64,000 nucleotides of DNA, taken from a virus. Shown here in pieces: positions 40,088 through 49,812 of this stretch (positions are counted from its first letter, which is position 1; each line of letters starts with the position of its first letter). The position numbers were made by a program, and so were the translations under genes. Location of the stretch: the IMG/VR virus record IMGVR_UViG_3300032116_015770. The stretch is one strand, 5' to 3'. A model generated the notes under the pieces. It saw nothing but the letters and a program-made list of their open reading frames with translations. It did not search any database and was not told the DNA's origin.

Positions 40088-40617
40088 TCTATGGCGTAAG
40101 CGTAAAATTCAAGAACAGGTTAAAAAAAGCAAATAAATATGGAAAAAGATACATACTTTATTATCGGGGTTGTTGTTATTATTTTAGCTTTTTTGATAAC
40201 TCTCGGTTATGCTGAGAATGCAAAGCTAGAATGTAGACAATATGCTATTCAACAAGGTCTTTCAGCATCGGATGTTCAAGCTATCTGCAAATGAAACATT
40301 GTTGTAACGACGAATGTATTAATTCGAGAGATTGTGAAGAGCGAGCAAAGAGGAGATGGTCTAAACAACCATCTCTCTTTGTCATGTTTATTACTAACCC
40401 ATTAGTTATTTTTGGTATAGGTTTCTTGCTTGGGTTTGTTTTTGGAGTAATATAATGGTTGCAGAAATACCATACATGATAGTTTGGGGATTTTTCTCTG
40501 CTATGGGATGGATGACAGCTAACTGGACTGTAGAAAAAATTGCTCCAGATAAACCTCCTATTGAGAAAAAAGTAGAAGATAACAAAATAGAAGAGAAGAA
40601 AGTGATAGAACAAAAAA

Positions 40618-41259
40618 ATGACCCGTAAGACTATTGCTATATTTGTACAACACCCAAAGTGCTCTGTACAATCTTGCAATGGTTTAATAAAAGCGCTAAC
40701 TCCTCATTATGACTTTAAAATATTTTCTAAGCATGAAATTGAAGATGATTTTTTTGATGGTGTTGATGTAGTAGCTTTTCCGGGAGGAGTAGGTGACTCC
40801 GACAACTTTGATCATTTATTTAAGTTTCATTCTAATCCTGTACGTAATTTTCTTAATGCAGGGGGCAAATACCTGGGCATATGCATGGGCGCATATTGGG
40901 CTGGCCATCATTATCTCAATATCCTTGACGGTGTTACTTGCGAGCAGTACATTAAGCGGCCTAACTCAGGAATTCGTAGATACTATTCTAAAGCCATTCC
41001 TGTAACATGGAACGGGGCTCATCATCATGCTTTCTTCTATGACGGACCAGCATTCGTTGGAGACGAGAGTAAATTTAAAACTATAGCTCGTTATAGTAAT
41101 GGTGATCCAATGGCAATCATTCAAGGTAACATAGGTTTGATTGGTTGTCATCTGGAAAGTGAACGATATTGGTACGATAAAAAGTATCTAGAACCATATT
41201 ATCATCAAGGCGTACACCATAAACTATTAAGAAACTTTGTTGATTGGTTAGTTGCCTAG
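40618..41259 (+). CDS. Class I GATase-like (BPL_N-type) domain protein
   Basis: FPGG, YLGICMGAY, HLE motifs. Confidence 0.75.
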   Translation: MTRKTIAIFVQHPKCSVQSCNGLIKALTPHYDFKIFSKHEIEDDFFDGVDVVAFPGGVGDSDNFDHLFKFHSNPVRNFLNAGGKYLGICMGAYWAGHHYLNILDGVTCEQYIKRPNSGIRRYYSKAIPVTWNGAHHHAFFYDGPAFVGDESKFKTIARYSNGDPMAIIQGNIGLIGCHLESERYWYDKKYLEPYYHQGVHHKLLRNFVDWLVA

Positions 41260-41324
41260 CAAATATTTAAAATCGATGAATAGCTAGATAATATAGCCAA
41301 TGTTGGCTTTATCTAGGAGTTATT

Positions 41325-42350
41325 ATGAAAAAAATTATTTTAGCATTGTTGTTTCTTTTAGCTGGTCCTGCTTTTGCTGCGGAATTTACTGGAGCAGGAG
41401 CTACATTTCCATATCCAATCTACGCTAAATGGGCAGAGGCTTATAAAGCCCAGACTGGTATCGGTCTCAATTATCAATCTATAGGTTCAGGCGGCGGTAT
41501 TCGTCAAATCAAAGCTAAGACAGTAGACTTTGGTGCTAGTGATATGCCGTTAAAGCCAGAGGAATTAGAAAAAGAGGGTCTAGTACAATTTCCTGCTATT
41601 ATCGGAGGTGTAGTACCTGTTTATAATCTAGAAGGAATAGAAGCAGGTAAACTAAAATTAACCCCAGAATTAATTGCTAACATTCATTTAGGTAAAATTA
41701 CCAAATGGAATGATAAAGCTATTTCAGATTTAAATCCAGGTTTAACTCTTCCTGCTCTTAACATTACAGTCATACATCGCGCGGATGGTTCAGGTACTAC
41801 TTTTATTTGGACAAATTTCTTAGGCAAAGCTAATGCTGAGTTTGCTAAAGTGGTAGGTGAAGGTACAGCTGTTAAATGGCCTACAGGGGTCGGTGGTAAA
41901 GGTAATGAAGGTGTAGCCGCTCAAGTACAAAGACTAAAAGGTGCTTTTGGTTACGTAGAATACGCATATGCTAAGCGTAATAAGATTCCTTTTGCAGCTG
42001 TAAAGAACCGCGATGGTAACTTTGTATTACCAGACGACACTACATTTAAAGCTGCAGCAGCTAATGCTGATTGGAAAAACGCTCCTGGTATGTATCTACT
42101 CTTAACCTGGCAAACAGGTAAAGATGCATGGCCAGCTACAGGTGCTAGTTTTATTTTAATGCATAAACAACAAGCTGATGCATTGACAGGTCGTGCTGTA
42201 TTAAAGTTCTTTGACTGGAGCTATAAAAACGGAAGCAAGATGTCTGAAGAGTTGGAGTACGTACACATGCCTGCTGATGTAATTAAGTTAGTACAAGAAA
42301 ATTGGAAGCGTGACTTTAAAGGTCCCGACAGTAATCCTATTTGGAAATAA
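41325..42350 (+). CDS. pstS: Phosphate ABC transporter periplasmic binding protein
   Basis: Signal peptide, GAGATFPYP, GSGGG, DFGASD, RADGSGTT motifs. Confidence 0.96.
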   Translation: MKKIILALLFLLAGPAFAAEFTGAGATFPYPIYAKWAEAYKAQTGIGLNYQSIGSGGGIRQIKAKTVDFGASDMPLKPEELEKEGLVQFPAIIGGVVPVYNLEGIEAGKLKLTPELIANIHLGKITKWNDKAISDLNPGLTLPALNITVIHRADGSGTTFIWTNFLGKANAEFAKVVGEGTAVKWPTGVGGKGNEGVAAQVQRLKGAFGYVEYAYAKRNKIPFAAVKNRDGNFVLPDDTTFKAAAANADWKNAPGMYLLLTWQTGKDAWPATGASFILMHKQQADALTGRAVLKFFDWSYKNGSKMSEELEYVHMPADVIKLVQENWKRDFKGPDSNPIWK

Positions 42351-42359
42351 GGGTAAATC

Positions 42360-43766
42360 ATGACTCTGTTCAAAAAAATTATTTTAATTACAGCTTTAGC
42401 AGCTGCATGTCCTTCATATGCTGATGAGTATAAAAATACTCTTCTTATTCTTAAAGAAAAATTCATAATATCTCAACAGGAGTATGAAGATAAACTTAAA
42501 GCGTACGAAGAAAGAGAAGAAAATAAAAAGTTCGCTGAGCAAAGAATCGACAAAGATGTTAGCGATAACAACAAGTGGAGACAAGCCAGAGTTAATGACG
42601 GATCAGTCACCGAAAATGGAATCGGGCTCAAGAGTAAAGATGGAAACAATACCATCCAACTTACAGGTCGAATTCATAATGACTATAGACACTATTCACC
42701 CTCTTACGGTCTCAATCAAGCCACGGATACGTATCAAAACGTAATTGAAATGCGTCGTGCACGATTAGGTGTAAGAGGCCAATTTGCAAAAGACTTTAAG
42801 TACGAAGTTGTAGGTAACTTTGGTAATGATGTCGGAGCATCTAGTACTTCTACTACTATGGACGTAGCCTGGGTTAATTATGCTGCTAGCCCAGAAGCTC
42901 AGTTTCAGTTTGGTTTGTTCAAGATGCCATTTAGCTTGGAGCAACTAACTAGCTCTAACAATATTGACTTTATGGAGCGTAGTTTAATTGGTCAAGTAGA
43001 AGGTGAGTTCATCCCTGGTAAAGAAACTGGCTTCATGCTGCACGGGGTACCTAAGCCTGGTCTTACCTATGCTGTTGCTTTAAGCCGAGGCAGAACTAAC
43101 AAAGACGCTGTGTCAGATGGTTTAGATTATATCGGTAGAGTAACAACTAACATCGCTGACTTAACAGGAAGTAAAGCTTTTACAGCTCATTTAGGTGCTG
43201 CGTATAGCCAAGGTGAAGTAAGAGGTGGTGTTACTCCTTCTAGCGGAAGAACTGAATCACGTTCACAAAATGCATTCTTCACAGGCCCTGCATTGGGTGG
43301 AGTTACCACAAGAACACGTCAAGGTATAGAAGCAGCTTTTGCATATAATGCATTCAAAGTTCAAGCAGAGCAATTTAACTTTAAATACGATCCTACAACA
43401 GGTAGTGATCAAGAGATTAAAGGTTACTATGTTCAAGCTGTCTATAACCTAACTGGTGAGAGCTTTAATTACAAAGACGGTGTATTCAGCTCAATTAAAC
43501 CTGCTTCACCTATAGACAAAGGTGGCAAAGGGGCATGGCAGGTTGGTGTTCGTATGAGTGAGTTTGATGCAAGCCCTATTGCTGTGGCTGCAGGTAAAAC
43601 TAATCGTGCTGTAGCAACAACTTATGGTATTACCTGGTTTGCTACAGAAAATTTACGTTTTATGGTAAACTATGTAGACACTAAATACGACCATTTAGTT
43701 GGCTCTTCCGGCGGAAGAGTAAACGGAGATAGAGCAATTATGTTTAGAAGCCAGTTAAATTTCTAA
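42360..43766 (+). CDS. Phosphate-selective porin, OprO/OprP family
   Basis: Signal peptide, RRARLG, FKMPFSLEQLTSS..IDFMERS, C-terminal Phe; adjacent to pstS. Confidence 0.85.
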   Translation: MTLFKKIILITALAAACPSYADEYKNTLLILKEKFIISQQEYEDKLKAYEEREENKKFAEQRIDKDVSDNNKWRQARVNDGSVTENGIGLKSKDGNNTIQLTGRIHNDYRHYSPSYGLNQATDTYQNVIEMRRARLGVRGQFAKDFKYEVVGNFGNDVGASSTSTTMDVAWVNYAASPEAQFQFGLFKMPFSLEQLTSSNNIDFMERSLIGQVEGEFIPGKETGFMLHGVPKPGLTYAVALSRGRTNKDAVSDGLDYIGRVTTNIADLTGSKAFTAHLGAAYSQGEVRGGVTPSSGRTESRSQNAFFTGPALGGVTTRTRQGIEAAFAYNAFKVQAEQFNFKYDPTTGSDQEIKGYYVQAVYNLTGESFNYKDGVFSSIKPASPIDKGGKGAWQVGVRMSEFDASPIAVAAGKTNRAVATTYGITWFATENLRFMVNYVDTKYDHLVGSSGGRVNGDRAIMFRSQLNF

Positions 43767-43770
43767 TTAG

Positions 43771-43799
43771 TTGATTTACTTCTTCTGACCCCCTATAAT
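43771..43799 (+). promoter_or_regulatory. Sigma70-type promoter overlapping a terminator
   Basis: TTGATT-N17-TATAAT. Confidence 0.7.
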
Positions 43800-43817
43800 C
43801 TTCTTATAGGGGGTTTT
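43788..43817 (+). terminator. Intrinsic terminator after pstS-porin
   Basis: ACCCCCTATAA/TTATAGGGGGT stem followed by Ts. Confidence 0.7.
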
Positions 43818-43820
43818 ATT

Positions 43821-44249
43821 ATGGATAGAGAACTAGACGAAAAACTTTGTAGTAAGTATCCGCTCATCTTTGCTGACAGGCATAGGTCTATGATGGAAAC
43901 GGCTATGTGCTGGGGCTTTGAGTGTGGTAACGGATGGTACGATCTTATCGATACGCTATGTGAAAGGATCCAACTACATATAGAAAGTACAAACAGACAT
44001 CGTGAGATTATGTTAGCCAAGCCGACAGGCTATATTCCTGAAGAGGTTCCTCAGGTGGTAGCTGTTCAAGTTAAAGAGAAGTTCGGTATGCTTCGTTTCT
44101 ACTATGATGGTGGAGATGAACATGTACGCGGTCTAGTAAATATGGCAGAGGCTATGTCTATTAAAATTTGTATGACTTGTGGTAAACCTGGAGTATTGTA
44201 TACTAGTGGCTGGTGGAATGTAGCTTGTGAGGAGCATAAAATTGATTGA
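43821..44249 (+). CDS. Conserved phage hypothetical protein
   Basis: GFECGNGW, QVKEKFGMLRFY, C..CG motifs. Confidence 0.7.
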   Translation: MDRELDEKLCSKYPLIFADRHRSMMETAMCWGFECGNGWYDLIDTLCERIQLHIESTNRHREIMLAKPTGYIPEEVPQVVAVQVKEKFGMLRFYYDGGDEHVRGLVNMAEAMSIKICMTCGKPGVLYTSGWWNVACEEHKID

Positions 44250-44384
44250 CGCAATTGTTCTTATTTGGTATGAGTTTCTAAGTCGCATTCTTACAACTCT
44301 ACTAGGCATTCTCTTCATCTTTATAGGTGTATTATCTCCTGATGCTGCCTATAATGCGATGAAGAAAGCTTTAAAGGATTACTA

Positions 44385-44582
44385 ATGGCCATTCTTGACC
44401 TTGTAGCTTATCGAAACCATAGAGACATTCTTAGACAGGAAGACAGTGCTATTCCTATTTTAGAACTTATCGAGAATTTAGACAAATTAGACCAGTGTCT
44501 TACAGAAGATATATACTTTGGTATTCTAAAAGGTAATGTGTCTTTAGATGACTTTAGGTACTGGTGTAAAGTAAAGAGGTAA
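44385..44582 (+). CDS. Hypothetical protein
   Basis: ORF with SD. Confidence 0.5.
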   Translation: MAILDLVAYRNHRDILRQEDSAIPILELIENLDKLDQCLTEDIYFGILKGNVSLDDFRYWCKVKR

Positions 44583-44736
44583 GCTATGACTGTCCGATAC
44601 TCTGAGCGATATGACGCATTGTATGATGATGAAGACATGTTATGGATAGATGGTAAGTGTAGTGACCCAGAATGCGACTACTGTGCTGATAGGCCAGAGT
44701 TTCCTGAATTAGATTCTAACGATAGAGTGGTAAATA

Positions 44737-44982
44737 ATGCTAAGTTTTGATTGGAAGATTATAGATGATAGATTTTATTACTATGAAACCAATTCAGGTA
44801 AGATTGTTGGGTTTGTTCATAAACATGCCCTTACCTCTATTTGGAATTCAGTAATTTACGTAGGTAATGAAAGGCACATTGCAGGTAATGAAATCGGTCT
44901 TGGTCAGTATATAGATATGGACTTTGCAAGAAGAGCTGTTATTAATTACTGGGAAATAGAATCTAGGACGCTGCTAGAATGA
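44737..44982 (+). CDS. Hypothetical protein
   Basis: Coupled ORF. Confidence 0.55.
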   Translation: MLSFDWKIIDDRFYYYETNSGKIVGFVHKHALTSIWNSVIYVGNERHIAGNEIGLGQYIDMDFARRAVINYWEIESRTLLE

Positions 44983-45203
44983 TTAATGGATTAACTAAGA
45001 AACAAAAAACATTTGCAAAGATCTTACAAGAGTTTGATTATGTAGATCAGATCAATCAGTTTATAGAATCCCTTCCCGATATAGATAAAAAGGACGCTAT
45101 CACGGTGTATGAGTTAATGATAGCACACTACATCGATCAATACGATGAGACTGAGATTGCTGATGCACTATGGGAAGATTTAACTAATAAGTGGAAAGAA
45201 TGA
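44979..45203 (+). CDS. Hypothetical protein
   Basis: ATGA overlaps at both ends. Confidence 0.55.
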   Translation: MINGLTKKQKTFAKILQEFDYVDQINQFIESLPDIDKKDAITVYELMIAHYIDQYDETEIADALWEDLTNKWKE

Positions 45204-46264
45204 AGCCCTCACATTTTTATTTTAGCGATACCATTTTTCAGAAAGAGCAAGGTCTATTTAATCAAGCAGGTTACCTAGGTCATGAGATTCATCTTCAAAC
45301 TAACAATTATTATTGTCCTCCTCACGATCCTGGTAAAGTCCTGGTTAATAATAAAAATGGTATAGAATGTCTCAGTAATGTATGTAGACATCGCCAGGCC
45401 ACTATCATGAATAGATCTGGTAACTGTGCCAATCTAGTATGTCCTTTGCATGGCTGGACATATGACATGGAAGGTAAATTAATCGGTGCTCCTCATTTCG
45501 ATCAGCAAGATAGGCATCTAGATAAGTTTAACACACAAACATGGAATGGTCTTATCTTTGAGAAGAAAGGTAAAGACATCGTTAGTGACTTAAGCCGTAT
45601 GCAGCTGGGTAAGTATTTCGACTTCACCGGTTATGCATTTCATTCTAAAGTCGAGCATATCTGTAACTATAACTGGAAGACGTTTATTGAGGTCTACCTC
45701 GATGACTATCATGTAGATCCATTTCATCCAGGTTTAGGTAATTTTGTGGATTGTAATAGTTTGTTATGGGAGCATGGACCTAGCTATTCTGTTCAAGCTG
45801 TAGGAATCAAGAACAAGCTTCAGACACCAGGTACGGCTACCTATAAGAAATGGCATAAAGCTTTACTGGACTATACTAAAGGTAAAGTTCCGGAGCATGG
45901 AGCGATCTGGCTAACTATCTATCCTAATATTATGGTAGAATGGTATCCTGAGGTTCTGGTCATCTCTACATTATGGCCTGAGTCACCTGAGAAAACCAGG
46001 AACATAGTTGAGTTCTATTATCCAGAAGAGATCGTTCATTTTGAATCTGAGTTTGTAGAGTGTCATCAGGCCGCTTACATGGAGACATGCGATGAGGATG
46101 ATGAGATTGCCGAGCGTATGGATTTAGGTAGAAAGCAATTACATAAGAGACAAGCTAGTGACTATGGACCAGTTCACAATCCAATGGAGATAGGTCTTAA
46201 TTACTTCTACGACTATTACAACAGTTATCAAAATATTAACTTTATTAACTATAAACCCGAATAG
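45200..46264 (+). CDS. Rieske non-heme iron oxygenase, alpha subunit
   Basis: CRH...CPLHGW Rieske motif; NWKTFIEVYLDDYH...H; D..IA mononuclear Fe ligands. Confidence 0.9.
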   Translation: MKPSHFYFSDTIFQKEQGLFNQAGYLGHEIHLQTNNYYCPPHDPGKVLVNNKNGIECLSNVCRHRQATIMNRSGNCANLVCPLHGWTYDMEGKLIGAPHFDQQDRHLDKFNTQTWNGLIFEKKGKDIVSDLSRMQLGKYFDFTGYAFHSKVEHICNYNWKTFIEVYLDDYHVDPFHPGLGNFVDCNSLLWEHGPSYSVQAVGIKNKLQTPGTATYKKWHKALLDYTKGKVPEHGAIWLTIYPNIMVEWYPEVLVISTLWPESPEKTRNIVEFYYPEEIVHFESEFVECHQAAYMETCDEDDEIAERMDLGRKQLHKRQASDYGPVHNPMEIGLNYFYDYYNSYQNINFINYKPE

Positions 46265-46293
46265 TTACTAAAATGTTAACTAAATAATTTCCG

Positions 46294-46319
46294 AACCCAC
46301 GATTTCCGTGGGTTTTTTT
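46294..46319 (+). terminator. Terminator hairpin of a promoter cassette
   Basis: AACCCACG-ATTTC-CGTGGGTT followed by a T run. Confidence 0.8.
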
Positions 46320-46331
46320 GTTACGTAACGC

Positions 46332-46360
46332 TTGCACCAAAACCCGTTTGCCTGCATAAT
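46332..46360 (+). promoter_or_regulatory. Early promoter with CCCGTTTG spacer motif
   Basis: TTGCAC-N17-CATAAT. Confidence 0.78.
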
Positions 46361-46390
46361 GACAATATGAAAACGAGAAAGGAAAACGAC

Positions 46391-46747
46391 ATGAAGATCT
46401 CTTACGACGAGAACATTATCAGCGATTTGCACAAAGATGCATATGGCTTTCGTCCAGACGGTTCGTTCTGGGGAACATGGGCAGCTTTCAATCCTATTCA
46501 AAAGCAGGCGTTGTGGGATAGTATGCTAGCTGATCTTACTCGTGCTATTGAGGATGAAGAAGAGGGTTACAAGATGGCTGTAGAAGAATTTGAAGCTCGT
46601 ATTGACAACTTAATGCATGATTGTTCAAATCGTAAGGCTATTGTAGGTTGGTTCTTGCGAGCAGAAAATCATGAAAATGAAATCGAGAGTTTCGAATTCA
46701 TTAACGGTCTCCCGTTTGGTTATCTCAAGAAAATGGAGTATGTATGA
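46391..46747 (+). CDS. Hypothetical early protein
   Basis: AAGGA SD; SDLHKDAYGFRP motif. Confidence 0.65.
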   Translation: MKISYDENIISDLHKDAYGFRPDGSFWGTWAAFNPIQKQALWDSMLADLTRAIEDEEEGYKMAVEEFEARIDNLMHDCSNRKAIVGWFLRAENHENEIESFEFINGLPFGYLKKMEYV

Positions 46748-46953
46748 CGAACGATATTTTACAATTAGCAGAAGACTTTTGTCTGGATAATATTCGGTAT
46801 ACAGAGTTTAATTTCCTGTATGAGATGTATCGTGAGAATGTAGGTATTGAGCGCTCGGTGATGCTTGCGCTAAACGAATTAGGTTTATTGAGTAAGTTTA
46901 TTGACAAGAATTGGAGTAAATTATCATGTATATCGCCCATAACTACGGACTAG
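46744..46953 (+). CDS. Hypothetical protein
   Basis: Coupled ORF. Confidence 0.5.
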   Translation: MTNDILQLAEDFCLDNIRYTEFNFLYEMYRENVGIERSVMLALNELGLLSKFIDKNWSKLSCISPITTD

Positions 46954-47150
46954 TCAGAATCGTTCATGACGGTAGTCCGTTCAACACCGCTTATGACATT
47001 AAGGTAGAATGGCGTGAGACAGAAGACAGTGAATGGACTATGTATTCTGGCTACAATTCATTAAGTAATGATTATGCATATTCAGAAGCTAATCAAGCGG
47101 CAACTCGTGCTATGGCAGAATTAGCTAGGAGGAAAGCAAACAATGAATAG
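46926..47150 (+). CDS. Hypothetical protein
   Basis: GGAG SD. Confidence 0.55.
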   Translation: MYIAHNYGLVRIVHDGSPFNTAYDIKVEWRETEDSEWTMYSGYNSLSNDYAYSEANQAATRAMAELARRKANNE

Positions 47151-47415
47151 AGAAGAGTTAGCCGAACAATGTCGCCTGGAGAGGTTAGATTGTCAGGATG
47201 CTTACAACAAGATCAAAGCCGGGCAGATGACCTTTGAAGACTTTTACTATGGATGGTTGGATAATATTCGTTCTATAGATTTCGATCATGGATATGAATA
47301 TGCCATGGACAATGTAGAAGATTTTATTCAAGACGCCGAGGGTGATATAGATTACGTCAGATTCCTAATTGAAAAAGACCGTAATGCTAGAAATGGCGAG
47401 CTGGATATCATATAA
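47143..47415 (+). CDS. Hypothetical protein
   Basis: Coupled ORF. Confidence 0.55.
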   Translation: MNREELAEQCRLERLDCQDAYNKIKAGQMTFEDFYYGWLDNIRSIDFDHGYEYAMDNVEDFIQDAEGDIDYVRFLIEKDRNARNGELDII

Positions 47416-47438
47416 TAGAGGTTCAATGATAGGGGGTC

Positions 47439-47648
47439 ATGATGAGAAAAACCAAATATTTCGATGTAAATTATATTATGGGTGAACCTGCACTCTTTAA
47501 CGACAAGATTTCCACAGGTCGTTCGTTGAAGTGGTTTACAGGATACTTTACAGAATCGCTCTTTAAGAATAGAGGACCTCGTCTGTTGCAGATTCCGTAT
47601 GTGAAGAATGTCAAGCAGGGCCGCGGTTGGATTAGAGTTTACGTATGA
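47439..47648 (+). CDS. Hypothetical protein
   Basis: ORF track. Confidence 0.45.
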   Translation: MMRKTKYFDVNYIMGEPALFNDKISTGRSLKWFTGYFTESLFKNRGPRLLQIPYVKNVKQGRGWIRVYV

Positions 47649-47884
47649 GGTATTGGACTATAGTTTATCCAGATGTAACGTCTACAGGTGCAGAGTACGA
47701 TCATTGGGAGACGTTATCAGAGAAAGAGATTTTAGATCAATACTGGGTATACTGGTTTACAAAGATGATTAATAACCAGCAATCGTTAGAGGATTTAACT
47801 TCTGAGAGGTGCATTGAAGACTGGTGTATCGTCCATTGGGCATCTCGTAACTATTGGCGTGAAATGAAGGAGTGTATACAATGA
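47645..47884 (+). CDS. Hypothetical Trp-rich protein
   Basis: SEKEILDQYW...CIEDWCIVHWA. Confidence 0.6.
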   Translation: MRYWTIVYPDVTSTGAEYDHWETLSEKEILDQYWVYWFTKMINNQQSLEDLTSERCIEDWCIVHWASRNYWREMKECIQ

Positions 47885-48057
47885 TGGATAAGATTAAGAA
47901 TTTTCTATATCAGCATCGAGTCAAGATTAGTTATTTTATCGGTGGGGCTAACATTCTATCGGGGCTATTAAACATTCTTATAGGTAATGTGGTCTTAGGT
48001 CTATTTTGGCTCAGCATGGGTGCTTTTATTATTTTCGATGTACGTACTTACTCATGA
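47881..48057 (+). CDS. Small membrane protein
   Basis: Two hydrophobic stretches. Confidence 0.55.
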   Translation: MMDKIKNFLYQHRVKISYFIGGANILSGLLNILIGNVVLGLFWLSMGAFIIFDVRTYS

Positions 48058-48224
48058 ATGAGAATGACATTGTTTATCGTTTAAGAAAGCGTGCTGAGAT
48101 TCGTCGGCAGATTCCAACGCGTAAGTCCGTACAAGAGGGTCAGGCCGATCGATTAGCTGATTTATTAGAAGAGGCCGCTATAGAGATTGAGCGTTTGAGG
48201 AAGCAAGATGAAACCATTGTTTAA
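48054..48224 (+). CDS. Hypothetical protein
   Basis: RLRKRAEIRRQI...DLLEEAA pattern. Confidence 0.6.
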   Translation: MNENDIVYRLRKRAEIRRQIPTRKSVQEGQADRLADLLEEAAIEIERLRKQDETIV

Positions 48225-48441
48225 GACCGTCAAGGTAATCTATAATGCTATAGATGAGTCTTATGAGATTTGGTATCGCAACTGGTTTGTATGGAACTTC
48301 GATAGCAGCTACAAATTCGATAAGCCAGATAACAAATACCCTATTCATTATAGGACTAAAGAGCAGGCCGAGCAAATGGCCATTAATCGCGCGGCAGCCA
48401 TGCTTAAGTCGGTAGAAGTATTTCGAGGAACTGCGACATGA
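48208..48441 (+). CDS. Hypothetical protein
   Basis: Coupled ORF. Confidence 0.5.
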   Translation: MKPLFKTVKVIYNAIDESYEIWYRNWFVWNFDSSYKFDKPDNKYPIHYRTKEQAEQMAINRAAAMLKSVEVFRGTAT

Positions 48442-48689
48442 AGAAGTTAGCTATTGTTTTCGTTCTGTTTCTAGCAGCATGTGAGAGAACGGAGATTATA
48501 AAAGAGCCTATAGTTTCAGATCAATGTTTGCGTCGTGAGTTATTCAACGAGTGTATGAAATCATTGCCAGCCGGGCCTGTTGCTACTCAATACAATGATT
48601 GGGATGATGTAGTATCCGAATGTCGATCTTACGCATGGTCTGTATCGACGCGTTTGGAATCCATGATTAAGAAAGAATGCCGAGGGTAA
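48438..48689 (+). CDS. Putative lipoprotein
   Basis: LAAC lipobox after a signal peptide. Confidence 0.65.
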   Translation: MKKLAIVFVLFLAACERTEIIKEPIVSDQCLRRELFNECMKSLPAGPVATQYNDWDDVVSECRSYAWSVSTRLESMIKKECRG

Positions 48690-49013
48690 ATGAATTATCA
48701 TGCTCATATCTACTGGAAGCATATAGGTGAACGCGTCCAGGCCTTATCACTTCGTCCGCTACTAGAATCATTAGGATGTGGTTTAGGTGCTATTCATGAT
48801 AAGCCAATAGGTCCTCATCCATTGCCGATGTATCAAGCCATGTATGATAGCTCCAATAAAACCGAGGTAGAATCGTTACTAAAAGCTCAATCCATGTCTA
48901 TTCTACTGCATGAAGATATTGGTCTAGATCATGTAAGAGATCATACCGAAGGTGCTCGTTGGATTAATGAGTCGTTAGAATTAGACCTGAAGTTTTTAGA
49001 GGATTTTGAATGA
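48690..49013 (+). CDS. DOPA 4,5-dioxygenase family protein
   Basis: YHAHIY, PIGPHP, SILLH, DHT..A.W motifs. Confidence 0.78.
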   Translation: MNYHAHIYWKHIGERVQALSLRPLLESLGCGLGAIHDKPIGPHPLPMYQAMYDSSNKTEVESLLKAQSMSILLHEDIGLDHVRDHTEGARWINESLELDLKFLEDFE

Positions 49014-49152
49014 ATCAGCCTTGGTATGTGAGATTGTTATGGTGGGTATGTGAGAGAATGAATCATCCGATGATTAACAAAGGATGGATATATGATGGAC
49101 AATATCACCGTGACTGCCGCCTATGCAAGAGAATAATCTCTGAGGATATAAA

Positions 49153-49386
49153 ATGAACGAATCAATCAAAGAATTAGCCGAGAGAGCTGGATTTTCTCTA
49201 TGGGAAGATGAGCCCTGGAAACCCAATGGAGCTATCATCGATTGGTGCTGCAATTATGATCGTGAGTTAGAATTATTTGCAGAATTAATTATTCAAAGAT
49301 GTATAGAAATATGCGAAGAAGGATCGACATCTCAGATGACTAGTACGGGTGCAGCTAATCTTATTAGAATGACGTTAGCAAAGTAA
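49153..49386 (+). CDS. MNERI-type paralog
   Basis: MNESIKELAERAG...FAELIIQRC. Confidence 0.65.
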   Translation: MNESIKELAERAGFSLWEDEPWKPNGAIIDWCCNYDRELELFAELIIQRCIEICEEGSTSQMTSTGAANLIRMTLAK

Positions 49387-49390
49387 GAAA

Positions 49391-49621
49391 ATGAGCCTTC
49401 TACCCTGCCCGCAATGTAATTCTGAAGCCGAAATCTTCTCCACGGGTACGTCAGAATGTTATGGTTGGGCATGGCAAACGTATGGTGTGAGATGTAAAGA
49501 TGACCATAAGAAGCATTGCGATATGGAAATAAGTATGACTGCTGATTTCTTCTATGTAGATATCCATGATGAATATTGGGAAAAGATTTGGAATAATTTA
49601 CCAGTAAGGGCAAAGATATGA
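49391..49621 (+). CDS. Zinc-ribbon protein, Lar (restriction alleviation)-like
   Basis: LLPCPQC...VRC......C...WN pattern. Confidence 0.5.
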   Translation: MSLLPCPQCNSEAEIFSTGTSECYGWAWQTYGVRCKDDHKKHCDMEISMTADFFYVDIHDEYWEKIWNNLPVRAKI

Positions 49622-49812
49622 ACGATCGAATTCATGAATTAGCCAAAGAATGCTACGTATATACAGGTTCGGTACATACTAATCATTTTGCCTATTGGAA
49701 GTTCGCTGAGTTGATTATCGCTGAATGTATCGAAGCCGCTAGAACAGTTGGTGGTGATGCAGGTATTGAAATGGAAACAACTATTAGAAATATATTTGGA
49801 GTTGAAGAATGA
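49618..49812 (+). CDS. MNERI-type paralog
   Basis: MNDRIHELA...FAELIIAEC...FGVEE. Confidence 0.65.
   Translation: MNDRIHELAKECYVYTGSVHTNHFAYWKFAELIIAECIEAARTVGGDAGIEMETTIRNIFGVEE

Noticed and set aside
40281-40679. 132-aa minus-strand ORF and other short antisense ORFs within core genes
   Set aside because: The + strand carries coupled small ORFs or conserved genes there; the antisense frames lack SDs and motifs.
41260-41324. Pho box upstream of pstS
   Set aside because: No CTGTCAT-type 11-bp tandem repeat could be seen.
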